In this document: positions 38,347 through 49,159 of the stretch, in pieces
Layout of the letters: each line of letters begins with the position of its first letter
Position numbering within the stretch: the stretch's first letter is position 1
DNA from: Patescibacteria group bacterium
GTDB taxonomy: Bacteria; Patescibacteriota; UBA1384; XYA2-FULL-43-10; 1-14-0-10-43-13
Assembly (NCBI GenBank): GCA_041649155.1
Contig: JBAZNP010000001.1
Location: 173,808 to 237,807 of the forward strand
Direction of reading: 5' to 3'
Length of the DNA stretch: 64,000 nucleotides
The notes under the pieces: generated by a model
What the model saw: the letters and a program-made list of their open reading frames with translations, nothing else
The model's database searches: none
What the model was told of the DNA's origin: nothing
Made by a program: the position numbers and the translations under genes

Positions 38347-38443
38347 TTTGTCAGCCTGCCTGCCGGCAGGCAGGTGTGAAAGATCTGTGTAGTTACGATG
38401 TTCCTGTAGTCATCCGTGCCATATCTATGTGAAAGATCTGTGT
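38347..38443. repeat. palindrome-rich intergenic element
   Basis: Contains the perfect 20-bp palindrome CCTGCCTGCCGGCAGGCAGG (also at 61096) and two direct copies of GTGAAAGATCTGTG. Confidence 0.6.
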
Positions 38444-38447
38444 TGTT

Positions 38448-39560
38448 CTATTCGTATAAATATTCTTCCAAGTCCTTTGATTTCTCGCCTTTTTTCAATT
38501 TAGAAAGAGCTTTGGCCTCAATTTGTCTAATTCGTTCACGGGTTACGCCAAATTCCTGACCGACTTCCTCTAAAGTATGAGTTCTACCATCTTCCAAGCC
38601 AAAACGCATCTTTAATATTTTTTGTTCACGGGGAGCAAGCTCTCCTAAAAATTCTTTGATTTTATCGCGGAGCAATTGTTGTGCTGTTGATTCCTCTGGG
38701 GAAACATGTTTGGTATCCTCAATAAAATCTCCCAATTTTGAGTCTTCTTCTTCGCCGACTGGAGCTTCAAGTGAAACTGTTTCCTGTGAAATTTTGATGA
38801 TATGTTCAACTTTTTCAACATCCAATCCCAATTCCTGAGCAATTTCTTCAGGCGTAGGTTCTCGTCCCAAATCCTGCACCAGCTGTCTTTCAACACGGAT
38901 TAATTTGTTAATAGTTTCAATCATGTGAACTGGAATTCGGATTGTTCTGGCTTGATCTGCTATAGCGCGAGTTATTGCTTGACGAATCCACCATGTAGCA
39001 TAGGTTGAAAATTTGAAACCTTTTTTGTAGTCAAATTTTTCTACCGCCCGCATTAGGCCGGTATTTCCCTCTTGAATTAAATCGAGAAGAGAAAGGCCGC
39101 GGCCAATATATTTTTTAGTAATAGAGACAACAAGTCTTAGGTTTGCCTCGGCTAACTGTTTTTTAGCTAAAATGTCGCCCTTTTCAATTCTTTTTGCTAG
39201 CTTTATTTCGTCTTCAGTCTTTAAAAGAGGGATTTTTCCAATTTCTCTTAAATACATTCGGACTGAATCATCGGCGATTTCAGATAGATCCTGCTCTTCT
39301 TTTTTCTTGCCCATTCCCAATGTCTGAGCCAAAATTCCTTTTGGTTTATCGTCTTCACTCTTGAATTCAATACCATTTCTAAGCATGTAATCAAAAATTT
39401 CGTCAACCTCTGAGACATTTTCTTCCGGCTCCGGTACTGATTGCAAAAGCTCGCTCATTGAAATAAATCCATGAGCACGACCTTTTAAAAGAACATTGTT
39501 TATTTCAGAAGAAAAATTTAATGGTTCTTCTTTTTTTGGAACAAAAACTTTTTTAGCCAC
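38448..39560 (-). CDS. rpoD: RNA polymerase sigma-70 factor RpoD
   Basis: Regions 1.2 to 4 are present ([48 protein letters not shown], and the region-4 HTH). Probable GTG start with an AGGAG ribosome-binding site. Confidence 0.85.
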   Translation of the reverse strand: MAKKVFVPKKEEPLNFSSEINNVLLKGRAHGFISMSELLQSVPEPEENVSEVDEIFDYMLRNGIEFKSEDDKPKGILAQTLGMGKKKEEQDLSEIADDSVRMYLREIGKIPLLKTEDEIKLAKRIEKGDILAKKQLAEANLRLVVSITKKYIGRGLSLLDLIQEGNTGLMRAVEKFDYKKGFKFSTYATWWIRQAITRAIADQARTIRIPVHMIETINKLIRVERQLVQDLGREPTPEEIAQELGLDVEKVEHIIKISQETVSLEAPVGEEEDSKLGDFIEDTKHVSPEESTAQQLLRDKIKEFLGELAPREQKILKMRFGLEDGRTHTLEEVGQEFGVTRERIRQIEAKALSKLKKGEKSKDLEEYLYE

Positions 39561-39696
39561 TAGGCTCCTTTCAGTCGCAATTATCAAAAAACAAGTGACA
39601 AATTCCAAATAAATCTCAAAAGTCAATCAAACAATAACCAAATATTTGAATTTTGTTTCTTGTATCTTGTTACTTGTAAAAAGTACCACTTTTTAC

Positions 39697-41427
39697 TCAT
39701 TTTATCAAGTTAGAGAACTCGGTTAAAAGTTTCCTAACTTTTTCTTTGTCGCCGCTCTGTTCTGCTTCCTGAATTTTTTTGGCAAAATCAGATTTCAAGT
39801 CTTCTTTTTCTTCTGAATGCAACCTTGATAATAAATATTCTAGTTCGCTCTGGATCATGTCCGTATCTTTAGTATCAATTTCTTTCAAGGCAACCATGGA
39901 GTATTGGCTTAAAATGGATGCCATTTCTGAGTTGATTTTTTCTTTATCAATCTTACCATCGTTAACCATTGAAATAAAATCTTTAACATCGTGATTATCC
40001 AACTTAATATCAGGAACATTTTTACACTTGAAAATCAACTCTGGATCATTCCAAATAATTCCCAAAATTTTCTCTACTATACCCAGTTTTGGAGCAGGCT
40101 TTGTATGATCTTTTATGAAATTTTGATCTTCAATCTTCTTAGTTTTTTCCAATGCACCTATTATTGTTTTTTCAGCAACCGATAGCTTGTTAGCTAAGTA
40201 TTTTATATAATATTCTTTCTCTATATCGGAGAATATTGTTTTAATGACTGGTAAAATCTCTTTCGCGATGCTTTTTTTTGTCAGAACTGACAAATCGGGG
40301 GTTTTTCTAATCAAAAGATCGATCCAATATTCAAGCGACGGCTTCGAATGCAGAATTGCCCTATCCCAATTTTTGGGATCAGCTTTAATTGCTTCATCGG
40401 GATCCTTATATGGACCCTCGATAGAAATAATTTTTGTATTAATGTCATTTTGGAGAGCAATTTTGATCGCCCTCTTCATCGCAGTTTCCCCTGCTCCGTC
40501 ATGGTCAAAGGAAAGAGCGATCACATTGGCATAACGGTTTAATATTGTTAACTGTTCCGGCGTAATTGCAGTACCGGAAGTAGCTACGACATTTTTAAAT
40601 CCTGCCTGATGACAAGCAATCACATCCATATTTCCTTCAACAAAAACAGCTAGATCGTTTTCTTTTATGGACATTTTTGCCTTATCTAAACCGTAAATTG
40701 TCTTTCCTTTGGTATAAACGGGCGATTCTGAAGAATTGATATATTTGGCTTGTTCTGAATTGTTTTCTAATATTCTCGAGGTGAAAGCTACAGTTAAACC
40801 CATCACATTATTTATCGGAAAAATTATTCTGCCTCTAAATCGATCATAAACTTTGCCCTTTTCACTTTTAATAGCCACTCCAGCATGGACTATTTCACTT
40901 TCTTCGTAACCCTTTCCCTTTAGAAATTTAACCAATAAGTCCCAGGAATCAGGCGCATAGCCGATTTCGAATTCTTTGACTGTCTCTTCTTTTAAACTAC
41001 GATTTTTTATGTATTTTCTGGCCTTTTCCGCCTTAGGATGTTCGACTAAAATTTTATGGTAAAGTTTTTTTGTCCAGTCATTTATTTCATAAATTCTGGT
41101 TTTTTTATCTGATTTAAATTCACGTTCGCCATATTTTACAGATCCTGATTTTAAGGCCACGCCCGCTCTTTCAGCCAAAATCTTCAAAGCATTATAAAAA
41201 TCAACACCTTCCATTTTTTCAATGAATGTGAAAATGTCTCCGCCTTCATTACAGCCAAAACAGCGAAAAGTCTGGCGTTCAGGCGACACCATGAAAGAAG
41301 GAGATTTTTCATTATGAAAAGGACAGTTCGCCTTTAAATTGGTGCCTGCTTTTTTTAGGGTTAGATAGTTCGAAACAACATCAACAATATCCAACCGGTC
41401 TTTAATTTGTTCAACTTCATCATTCAT
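39697..41427 (-). CDS. dnaG: DNA primase DnaG
   Basis: CHC2 zinc finger (CPFHNEKSPSFMV...CFGC) and a TOPRIM domain. Confidence 0.9.
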   Translation of the reverse strand: MNDEVEQIKDRLDIVDVVSNYLTLKKAGTNLKANCPFHNEKSPSFMVSPERQTFRCFGCNEGGDIFTFIEKMEGVDFYNALKILAERAGVALKSGSVKYGEREFKSDKKTRIYEINDWTKKLYHKILVEHPKAEKARKYIKNRSLKEETVKEFEIGYAPDSWDLLVKFLKGKGYEESEIVHAGVAIKSEKGKVYDRFRGRIIFPINNVMGLTVAFTSRILENNSEQAKYINSSESPVYTKGKTIYGLDKAKMSIKENDLAVFVEGNMDVIACHQAGFKNVVATSGTAITPEQLTILNRYANVIALSFDHDGAGETAMKRAIKIALQNDINTKIISIEGPYKDPDEAIKADPKNWDRAILHSKPSLEYWIDLLIRKTPDLSVLTKKSIAKEILPVIKTIFSDIEKEYYIKYLANKLSVAEKTIIGALEKTKKIEDQNFIKDHTKPAPKLGIVEKILGIIWNDPELIFKCKNVPDIKLDNHDVKDFISMVNDGKIDKEKINSEMASILSQYSMVALKEIDTKDTDMIQSELEYLLSRLHSEEKEDLKSDFAKKIQEAEQSGDKEKVRKLLTEFSNLIK

Positions 41428-42596
41428 TAACTATGTATTCGTTTGATTAATGGATTTATTTGTGTGATTATTTCATACCAAGAAGTATCTGCCAGCAAAG
41501 CTAATTCATACGCGGTTACTTCTTCTTTTCCATCCTTGCCCAATAGTACAACTTCATCACAGATCTTTATATTTTTAACGTCAGTAACGTCAATAACAAT
41601 CATGTCCATTGAAATCCGTCCCAGTATTTTCGCTCTTTTGCCTTTAATTAGCACATGACCAATGCTTGATAAGTCTCTTTTATAGCCATGCCAGTATCCA
41701 ATAGGTAAAATGGCAACCTTAGAGTCTCTATCTAGATTTTCCGTGAAATCGTAACCAATACTTTCACCTTTTTTGATGTATTTTATCTCGGAAACAATCG
41801 TTTTCCAACATAATGCGGTTTTTAGTTTGATTTTTTCTTCATAACAGGCTTTCGTTTCGTATGATGGCCAAAGCCCCATCATTCCGATTCCAATTCTAAC
41901 CATATCGAAATGCGCTTTTGGAAAAACAATTGTTCCGGACGTTGCAGCAGCATGCTTAATTGGTTTAGAACCAAAAGACTTTATAGTCTCTACTGCTTTT
42001 TCAAACTGCTCAATCTGCTTGTTTGTATCTGCTGGAAATGATGGATTTTTTGCAGCTGCAAAATGGGTATATATTCCTTCGAATTTAATTTGGGGCAAAT
42101 TCTTTTTGATAAATAAAGCAACTTTCTTAACTTCATCTAACTGGAATCCCTGCCGATGCATACCTGTATCGATCTTTATATGAATATTTAGTTCGTTGCC
42201 TTTCCCCTTTTTGTCATTTCGAGCGATATCACCAGAGGCGAAGAGTCGAGAAATCTTTTCCAATTGCTCGAAACTTGAAATTGTAATACTAATGCCGTTT
42301 TTTCTTGCTTCATCAAAATTCTCAGCCATTGTATAGCCCAAAACCAGTATTGGCTTTTTTATTCCGTTTTTTCTAAGTGTCAGCGCTTCTGTAATAGAAT
42401 CAACGCCAAAAAAATCAACGCCAAACTTTTGCATTAGTAATGGATAACCAGCAAACCCATGACCGTAGGCGTTTGATTTGACAACCGCCATCAACCGACA
42501 TTTTTTCGAAATCAAACCACGAAAAGCATCGTAATTATTTTTCAATGCTTTCTTATCAACCTCAACCCAAGTTCTAAGACTAATGTTTTTGTTCAT
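41427..42596 (-). CDS. alr: alanine racemase
   Basis: PLP-binding AVVKSNAYGHG motif. About 390 aa. Confidence 0.85.
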   Translation of the reverse strand: MNKNISLRTWVEVDKKALKNNYDAFRGLISKKCRLMAVVKSNAYGHGFAGYPLLMQKFGVDFFGVDSITEALTLRKNGIKKPILVLGYTMAENFDEARKNGISITISSFEQLEKISRLFASGDIARNDKKGKGNELNIHIKIDTGMHRQGFQLDEVKKVALFIKKNLPQIKFEGIYTHFAAAKNPSFPADTNKQIEQFEKAVETIKSFGSKPIKHAAATSGTIVFPKAHFDMVRIGIGMMGLWPSYETKACYEEKIKLKTALCWKTIVSEIKYIKKGESIGYDFTENLDRDSKVAILPIGYWHGYKRDLSSIGHVLIKGKRAKILGRISMDMIVIDVTDVKNIKICDEVVLLGKDGKEEVTAYELALLADTSWYEIITQINPLIKRIHS

Positions 42597-42608
42597 TTGA
42601 GATTTTAT

Positions 42609-43049
42609 TTAACTTACCGCTTGAGTATATATCGTTTCAATTTTACCATAGTCACCATAAGTCCAGTTGTGTTTTATTGGTGTGCCTTTTTCGTAGTCAT
42701 TGCTGATAGCTAGGTTATCGCCAATATAGAAACCGATGTGACGATGACCAGCATTGGTACCACAATCTTTTGCTTCCCAAATTAAAATATCACCAGGACT
42801 TGGCTCATCAACTCTTATCCATCCAGATTTCTCTAAATCTAAAATAGTACCTTTAATAGTTCCGTGAATCGATTCAATTAAGCCAAACATGGTTAATATG
42901 CCTGACACAAAAAAGGCACATGATAATTTACCATTTTGCATCGCATCAATTTCTTTATCATCTTCTTCGATAAAGAAATTTTTAAACACATTACAATCCA
43001 CACTGTTTTTTATAGTTTTAAGGTATGTTTTTCTTGTTAATCTTTTCAT
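42609..43049 (-). CDS. hypothetical protein with a possible Cys/His (NlpC/P60- or CHAP-like) fold
   Basis: Conserved-looking Cys (SCAFFVSG) and His (GHRHIGFYIG). A weak assignment. Confidence 0.3.
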   Translation of the reverse strand: MKRLTRKTYLKTIKNSVDCNVFKNFFIEEDDKEIDAMQNGKLSCAFFVSGILTMFGLIESIHGTIKGTILDLEKSGWIRVDEPSPGDILIWEAKDCGTNAGHRHIGFYIGDNLAISNDYEKGTPIKHNWTYGDYGKIETIYTQAVS

Positions 43050-43101
43050 TTTACAACCTTATAATTTGACGGGGCGTTCCAGCTCAAAACTCTATCTTTT
43101 T

Positions 43102-43482
43102 TTACTTATTTTCAGTTATTACTTTGTCATTTTTGAGAACTTCAGATTTATTAACACCTACAAGAACTTGCTTTATAATGAGGAATTTTACCACTTTATT
43201 AGTTTTGTTTTCAAAAACATGATCAGAATTTTCTGTTTCGGCAATATCGCCAGCTTTTAAGATATGGCTTTTTATTTCTGGTCCTTCCTTCCAAGAAGCC
43301 TCTAATTCACCTTCGATCAAGAATAATGTTTCGTGTACTTTGTTATGCAAATGCCAAACTTGTTTTGTGTTTGGGGCTTGCTCATCATAGTGAATTTCAT
43401 ACTCATCAAAAAGATAATGCCAAACCTCTAATCCTTCGAGCTTATGAGCATGAAGTGCTTTGTCTTTTGAAACAATTTTCAT
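43102..43482 (-). CDS. cupin-domain protein
   Basis: VWHLHNKVHETLFLIEGELE is a cupin motif. Confidence 0.55.
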   Translation of the reverse strand: MKIVSKDKALHAHKLEGLEVWHYLFDEYEIHYDEQAPNTKQVWHLHNKVHETLFLIEGELEASWKEGPEIKSHILKAGDIAETENSDHVFENKTNKVVKFLIIKQVLVGVNKSEVLKNDKVITENK

Positions 43483-43598
43483 AAATTACTCCTTATTCAA
43501 AGGAACATTCTGACCCAACACTTAGCAGGTTAATTCTCTTAAATATTTTTTGCTCAGATTGAATAATACGCTCAAAGATGATACAATTCAACCAGTTT

Positions 43599-43687
43599 GG
43601 AGAGGTCGCATAGTTGGTCTAGTGCGCACGCTTGGAAAGCGTGTATACCGCAAGGTATCAAGGGTTCGAATCCCTTCCTCTCCGCCA
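43599..43687 (+). tRNA. tRNA-Ser (anticodon GGA)
   Basis: Acceptor GGAGAGG/CCTCTCC, anticodon loop TTGGAAA, long variable arm ATACC-GCAA-GGTAT, T-loop GGTTCGAATCC, encoded CCA. Confidence 0.8.
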
Positions 43688-43717
43688 TTAATATAAACAA
43701 CAAGATGAGACATAAAT

Positions 43718-44179
43718 ATGAGCATTGAAAATAATTCTGGACAAGCAGAAACTTTTAGTTCAGAAAAAAAATCTCAACCAATAAGTATGTTTAATTTCGA
43801 CGGTGTCGAAGAGCCGGTTTCTTTTGTTGAAACCATGCAAGTTATCGATGGAGTCGAATGCGATATTTATAGTTTTACTGAAGATGAAAGAAAGGATCTT
43901 GGAATTATCAGGGTAGAACCAGGCAAGAAAACTCCCTTACAAAGAGTGCTTCAAGGCGAAAAGACGATAGAACAGTATATTTCTGGAAAAGGTAAATTAA
44001 CGATTACCAGGCAAGACGGGACACAAGATGTATTTCTTGCCGATGGATCAAATCATGTCTCAAGAATAGTAAATATTGGCGAAATGATGCAGTGGGAAGC
44101 AGCTCCCGATTCTGATTTGATAGCTGCTGAAATTTGCTATCCACCTTACCAAGATGGGCGCTTTGAAAACATCAATTAA
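43718..44179 (+). CDS. hypothetical protein
   Basis: 153-aa ORF. Confidence 0.4.
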   Translation: MSIENNSGQAETFSSEKKSQPISMFNFDGVEEPVSFVETMQVIDGVECDIYSFTEDERKDLGIIRVEPGKKTPLQRVLQGEKTIEQYISGKGKLTITRQDGTQDVFLADGSNHVSRIVNIGEMMQWEAAPDSDLIAAEICYPPYQDGRFENIN

Positions 44180-44275
44180 GATCTAGACCGGAATGTCCCG
44201 CCATTAAAAAATAGCCCTTGTGGTTATTTTTTAGTATTATTAAAATAATGATAATAAAATATTATAAGGAGTTTT

Positions 44276-44611
44276 ATGGAATTTGAAAAGGATACTAAAG
44301 AATGCAAAGGTATTAAATTTTCTCTAAAAAAAGACGGTAAGGAAATTGCCAGAGCTACTTTATATGTAATGAGCAATGACTTGCATGAAGAGCCATTTGG
44401 ACTAATGGAAGATGTAATGGTAGATGAAGAACTTCGAGGCCAAGGCATTGGTACTGAACTAGTAAAAAAAATAATTGAAGAGGCTAAAGAACAAAAGTGT
44501 TATAAGTTGATTGCGACAAGTCGACATTCCAGAGAAAAAGTACATGAGCTATACGAACGCTTGGGATTTGAAAATCACGGATTAGAATTTAGAATGGATT
44601 TCCAGATATAA
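44276..44611 (+). CDS. GNAT-family N-acetyltransferase
   Basis: VDEELRGQGIGTELV (acetyl-CoA-binding motif A) and the C-terminal LYERLGF. Confidence 0.65.
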   Translation: MEFEKDTKECKGIKFSLKKDGKEIARATLYVMSNDLHEEPFGLMEDVMVDEELRGQGIGTELVKKIIEEAKEQKCYKLIATSRHSREKVHELYERLGFENHGLEFRMDFQI

Positions 44612-44658
44612 TACTTGCTAAACGTTCTATAAATTGCCCCACTATTAATAAAAAACCA

Positions 44659-45144
44659 ATGAATAATAATCAATTTTCGCAAAATAATTCCGAATTAACG
44701 GTTGATGCAACCATTCCAAGATCCGAGCAATACTCCATGGGTCAGGATTATGGAAGAAAAAGAAAAAATATTCTGCCGATTATTATAATAATTTTGATCA
44801 TAATAATTGCAGTGATAACGATTTTAATAAATCAATTTAAAACAAAGACAGTTTCAGAAGAAGCAAAGACAAGAGATACACAAAGAGCACAGGATGTCGG
44901 GAAAATTGCCGGTTATACTTTAGCTTTTAAACAAAAAAACGGTCGTTGTCCAAGTACTCCTGACGAGCTGAAAACATCATACATTGATTCCATACCCGTC
45001 GACCCTCTTACAAAAAAGTCATACAAAATAACTTCGTCGGGAAGCAGCTGTATAGTCTCGGCAGAAATGGAAGACAAAGATAATCTACTCTTAAAATTTG
45101 ATAGCACACCTAATGATTCCGTGTATACTATGTCAGTCAACTAA
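44659..45144 (+). CDS. pilin-like membrane-anchored protein
   Basis: Hydrophobic helix LPIIIIILIIIIAVITILI followed by RDTQRAQDVGKIAGYTLAFKQKNGRCPST, which resembles the type IV pilin or pseudopilin post-helix region. No canonical G/FTLIE prepilin site. Confidence 0.45.
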   Translation: MNNNQFSQNNSELTVDATIPRSEQYSMGQDYGRKRKNILPIIIIILIIIIAVITILINQFKTKTVSEEAKTRDTQRAQDVGKIAGYTLAFKQKNGRCPSTPDELKTSYIDSIPVDPLTKKSYKITSSGSSCIVSAEMEDKDNLLLKFDSTPNDSVYTMSVN

Positions 45145-45147
45145 AAA

Positions 45148-45186
45148 AAATAGGAGTAGCTTCCAAATGAGCTAACTCCTATTTTT
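45148..45186. terminator. bidirectional terminator
   Basis: AAAAAAAATAGGAGTAGC..GAGCTAACTCCTATTTTTT. Confidence 0.55.
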
Positions 45187-45190
45187 TAGT

Positions 45191-45216
45191 AGATCTCCGT
45201 CTTCACGAGGATGACA
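45191..45216. repeat. TGTCATCC-family hairpin element, inverted orientation
   Basis: The reverse complement TGTCATCCTCGTGAAGACGGAGATCT matches the family termini. Confidence 0.5.
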
Positions 45217-45234
45217 CAATAAAATATTATCGAT

Positions 45235-47562
45235 TTATCTATCAATGATATTAGCAAGCATCAATCTTTTTTCTACTGATGCGATTACTTTTCTGGTCGG
45301 CAAAATCATATCCGGTGTAACCGAAACAGAAGTCGTGCCGGTCTTGACCATCATCTCAGTAATTTCGGGATAAACACTTGGGGCCTGACCACAAATTGAA
45401 ACCGTCACATTATGTTTCCGACAGGTTTTAATCACATATTGAATTGAAAGCACGACAGCTTCGTCTCTCTCGTCAAATGTCTGCGCCAAAGTCTGGTTGT
45501 CCCTGTCGACACCCAAAGTAAGTTGGGTTAAGTCGTTTGAACCGATTGAGATACCGTCTATGCCAAGTTCAAGAAATCTTTCCAGCAAGATCACATTGGA
45601 TGGAACTTCACACATCATCCAGATCTTAAAGTCCGGTCCCTGTTTTAAGCCACTTTGTTCAACTAATTTCATAACTGCCTGCATTTCGCTAACAGTTCGA
45701 ACAAAAGGTATCATTATCCAAAGATTTTTTAAGTCATATGTTTCTCTGACAGTTTTTATGGCTTCCAATTCAAGAGCGAACATTTCCGGTTCAGCAATAT
45801 AGCGCGAAGCACCTCTGTAACCGATCATTGGGTTGTCTTCTTCAGGTTCAAATTTTTCACCGCCTTTTAACCCTTTATATTCATTCGTCTTAAAATCAGA
45901 TGCTCTATAAACAACCGGACGTGGAGAAAATGCACTTGCGATGGTTCTCATTCCTTCGGTCAAAGCTTTAACGTAATCTTTTCCTCTTCCATCCTCGACC
46001 ATTGCTTTTGGATGCTCTCCCATTTCAGCAATCATAAACTCCGCGCGTAAAAGTCCGACACCATCAACCGGTAATTTAGCAACTTCTTCGGCCAAATGCG
46101 GTTCTCCCAAATTTACATAAACTTTAGTTCCAGTGATAGGAACTTCCTGAGAAATTTGTGAACCTGAAATGCCATTACCAGCAGGATGAATTTCTTCCGG
46201 AGTTGCCTTTGATTCAACTTTGCCTTTAAAAACCAAACCCTTTGATCCATCAACCGTAACAATTTGTCCTGTTTTTAGCATGCTTGTAGCAGTTCCTGTT
46301 CCGACGACACAAGGAATACCGAGCTCTCTGGAAACGATGGCAGCATGACAGGTTCGTCCGCCCACATCAGTAATAATGGCGGATGCCCTCTTCATCGCAG
46401 GTACAAAATCCGGAGTAGTCATCTCCGTAACCAAAACATCGCCTTTAACTATTTTGTCTATTTCTGACGGTTTATGAATTATTTTAACAGCACCGAAAGA
46501 AACTCCAAGAGAAGCAGCCGCACCCTTTAGGATTACTTCCGCCTTGCTTTCATCAACTTCTCCGCCTTCAGCTTCTGTTTTTGTGGCAGCAGCTTCTTTT
46601 TTACCCAGTGTTGTTATTGGCCTCGATTGAACAAAATATACCTTACCGTTTTCAATAGCCCACTCTGTATCTTGGGGTTTGCCGTAATGTTCTTCAATCT
46701 TAGCCCCGATTTTTGCCAGATCAAGAATTTCTTCGTCTGTTATTTTTTGCAATTTTTGTTTGTCTTTTGAGATATCAATATGTTTGTCTCCTCCGTGCAG
46801 TTTTTTAACAATTGCCCATTTCTGTTCATTTACTTCCTTACTGACAATTTGCATGGACTTTTTATCTACGACATATTTATCAGGTGTAATGGCTCCCAAA
46901 ACCACAGTTTCACCCAAACCATAACCAGCTTCAATTACCATCTGCTCCTGATTTTCACTAACAGGATCAACCGTAAACAGAATTCCTGCCTTTTCGGAAT
47001 CAACAAGATTTTGAACTGGAACAGAAAGACCGACTTTCATGTGATCATATTTTTGAACAATTCTATAATAGATTGCCCTTGCCTCAAACAAGGAGGCATA
47101 ACATTTTTGCACAGCAATGACTACATTTTCCGGACCCTGAATGTTTAAAAATGTTGCTTGCTGACCAGCAAAAGAAGCTTCCGGCAGGTCTTCTGCTGTC
47201 GCTGAAGATCTGACAGCAACCGGCAACCCGCCAAGTTTCACATAAGATTCTCTTATTTGCGTCGCCAAATCATCCGGCATTTTGGCAGCAATAATTGATT
47301 TCTTAATTTCTTTTGATACCGCATTTAACTTTTTTGTATCCTCGGGATCAAGATTTTTAAGAAGTTTTTGAAATTTCTTTTTAAGGCCGGATTTTTCAAA
47401 AAAGTAATAATAAGCTTGAGCTGTAACACAAAAACCATTCGGCACAGGAATGCCGGCTTTAGTTAGCTCGCCAAGATTTGCCCCTTTTCCTCCTACAAGT
47501 GCTATATCTCCTTTTCCTATTTCAGAAAACCAAAGAATTGCCGGCGCCTTTTTGCTTCCCAT
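45235..47562 (-). CDS. ppsA: phosphoenolpyruvate synthase (pyruvate, water dikinase)
   Basis: 775 aa. ATP-grasp N-terminus, phosphohistidine domain GGRTCHAAIVSRELGIPCVVG, and a C-terminal PEP-utilising TIM barrel. Confidence 0.85.
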   Translation of the reverse strand: MGSKKAPAILWFSEIGKGDIALVGGKGANLGELTKAGIPVPNGFCVTAQAYYYFFEKSGLKKKFQKLLKNLDPEDTKKLNAVSKEIKKSIIAAKMPDDLATQIRESYVKLGGLPVAVRSSATAEDLPEASFAGQQATFLNIQGPENVVIAVQKCYASLFEARAIYYRIVQKYDHMKVGLSVPVQNLVDSEKAGILFTVDPVSENQEQMVIEAGYGLGETVVLGAITPDKYVVDKKSMQIVSKEVNEQKWAIVKKLHGGDKHIDISKDKQKLQKITDEEILDLAKIGAKIEEHYGKPQDTEWAIENGKVYFVQSRPITTLGKKEAAATKTEAEGGEVDESKAEVILKGAAASLGVSFGAVKIIHKPSEIDKIVKGDVLVTEMTTPDFVPAMKRASAIITDVGGRTCHAAIVSRELGIPCVVGTGTATSMLKTGQIVTVDGSKGLVFKGKVESKATPEEIHPAGNGISGSQISQEVPITGTKVYVNLGEPHLAEEVAKLPVDGVGLLRAEFMIAEMGEHPKAMVEDGRGKDYVKALTEGMRTIASAFSPRPVVYRASDFKTNEYKGLKGGEKFEPEEDNPMIGYRGASRYIAEPEMFALELEAIKTVRETYDLKNLWIMIPFVRTVSEMQAVMKLVEQSGLKQGPDFKIWMMCEVPSNVILLERFLELGIDGISIGSNDLTQLTLGVDRDNQTLAQTFDERDEAVVLSIQYVIKTCRKHNVTVSICGQAPSVYPEITEMMVKTGTTSVSVTPDMILPTRKVIASVEKRLMLANIIDR

Positions 47563-47576
47563 TTTTTCCCTCCTTG

Positions 47577-47637
47577 CCCCGTTTGATGCCCTGTTTGATA
47601 TTGCAAAGCAATTATCTAACAGGGGCTATCTAACTGG
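47577..47637. repeat. conserved leader hairpin, copy 2 (internally duplicated)
   Basis: CCCCGTTTGATG-CCCTGTTTGATATTGCAAAGCAATTATCTAACAGGGG-CTATCTAACTGG. Immediately 5' of the pps GGAGGG ribosome-binding site. Confidence 0.6.
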
Positions 47638-47644
47638 ACATATT

Positions 47645-48112
47645 TTAGTGTTCTATTTTAGTTAGAACCTCTTTTATGATATCGTAGCTAAACCCTCTGC
47701 CCATTAAATGTCTTAATAATTTTTCTCTAGCCTTTTTATCTTCTGTTATCTGTATACTGTTATCTGTATGCTTTCTTAGCCATCTTTTCGCCAACTCTTT
47801 AGCGCTGTTCCGCTCTTCATTAATGTCAATTTTTCCCAAAACATCTTTTATGATTTTTTCATCAACATAAAGTTGTTTTAGTCTTTGCTCAAGTTTGTAT
47901 TTCCCTTGCGGTTTTATACTAAGTTGATTTCTGACAAAATTAGCAGCAAATTTTTCGTCATCCAGGAATTTTTTATCGTTAAGAAAAAGTATTACCTCGT
48001 CAATTTCCTCTTTGGAACACTTTCTGACTAACATTTTGTTTTTTATCTCACCGACGCTGCGGTCTCTTATTTTTAGTAGATACAGGGCATATTCAAGCGG
48101 TTTCAATTTCAT
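47645..48112 (-). CDS. recX: RecX regulatory protein
   Basis: Lies downstream of recA. Helical repeat protein of 155 aa (YALYLLKIRDRSVGEIKNKM...). Confidence 0.7.
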   Translation of the reverse strand: MKLKPLEYALYLLKIRDRSVGEIKNKMLVRKCSKEEIDEVILFLNDKKFLDDEKFAANFVRNQLSIKPQGKYKLEQRLKQLYVDEKIIKDVLGKIDINEERNSAKELAKRWLRKHTDNSIQITEDKKAREKLLRHLMGRGFSYDIIKEVLTKIEH

Positions 48113-48115
48113 AAA

Positions 48116-49150
48116 TTACTCAGCGTTTTCTACTTTTTCGTAGATTTCAGTTTTTATTTTCTTTGTGATTTCCGGATTAGCTTTCAGAAAAGCCCTTCCT
48201 CCCTCTTTGCCCTGACCAAGCTTTTCGTCATTGTAAGACAACCATGATCCTGCCTTATCAACAACCCCATATTTAACACCTAGATCAATTATTTCCCCTT
48301 CGTAATCAATACCTGTGCCAAACATAATATCGAATTCTGCAACTTTAAAAGGAGGAGCAACTTTGTTTTTCACCACTTTAACCGCCACATGATTACCGAC
48401 ATTATCCTCTCCCTGTTTTAATGCTGCTTTTCGTCTTATATCAAGCCTGACAGACGAATAAAATTTCAGAGCATTTCCACCGGTAGTTGTTTCGGGATTG
48501 CCGAACATTACACCAATTTTCATACGGATCTGGTTAATGAATATTAATATCGTTTTAGACTTAGATACAACTCCGGTTAATTTTCGTAGGGCCTGGCTCA
48601 TCAATCTGGCCTGAACACCCATCATTGAATCGCCCATTTCTCCTTCGATTTCAGCTCTTGGCACAAGCGCAGCCACCGAGTCAACTACTATAACATCCAA
48701 AGCATTTGAACGAACTAAAGTTTCAGTGATTTCCAGTGCTTGTTCTCCATTATCCGGCTGTGAAATTAATAAATCGTCAAGTTTCACCCCTAATTTTTGT
48801 GCATATTCAGGATCCAGTGCATGTTCAGCATCAATAAAAGCACATGATCCACCACTTTTTTGCGCCTCCGCGATAGTGGTTAATGCCAATGTAGTTTTGC
48901 CGGATGATTCCGGACCATAGATTTCAATCACTCTACCACGAGGCAATCCGCCAACTCCCAATGCCAAATCAAGCGACAAAGAACCGGTTGATATTGTCTC
49001 AACTTTTAATTTGGCACCGTCGCCCAAACTCATTATTGCACCCTTGCCGAACTGTTTTTCTATAGAGCTAAGTGCTGCCTCAAGCGCTTGGCTTTTTCCT
49101 TCATTTTCTTTATTGTTCTTCCCCTCCATATCAGATGTTTTTTTCGCCAT
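48116..49150 (-). CDS. recA: recombinase RecA
   Basis: Walker [10 protein letters not shown], and the canonical RecA core ([14 protein letters not shown]...). Confidence 0.95.
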   Translation of the reverse strand: MAKKTSDMEGKNNKENEGKSQALEAALSSIEKQFGKGAIMSLGDGAKLKVETISTGSLSLDLALGVGGLPRGRVIEIYGPESSGKTTLALTTIAEAQKSGGSCAFIDAEHALDPEYAQKLGVKLDDLLISQPDNGEQALEITETLVRSNALDVIVVDSVAALVPRAEIEGEMGDSMMGVQARLMSQALRKLTGVVSKSKTILIFINQIRMKIGVMFGNPETTTGGNALKFYSSVRLDIRRKAALKQGEDNVGNHVAVKVVKNKVAPPFKVAEFDIMFGTGIDYEGEIIDLGVKYGVVDKAGSWLSYNDEKLGQGKEGGRAFLKANPEITKKIKTEIYEKVENAE

Positions 49151-49159
49151 TATGTTCCC

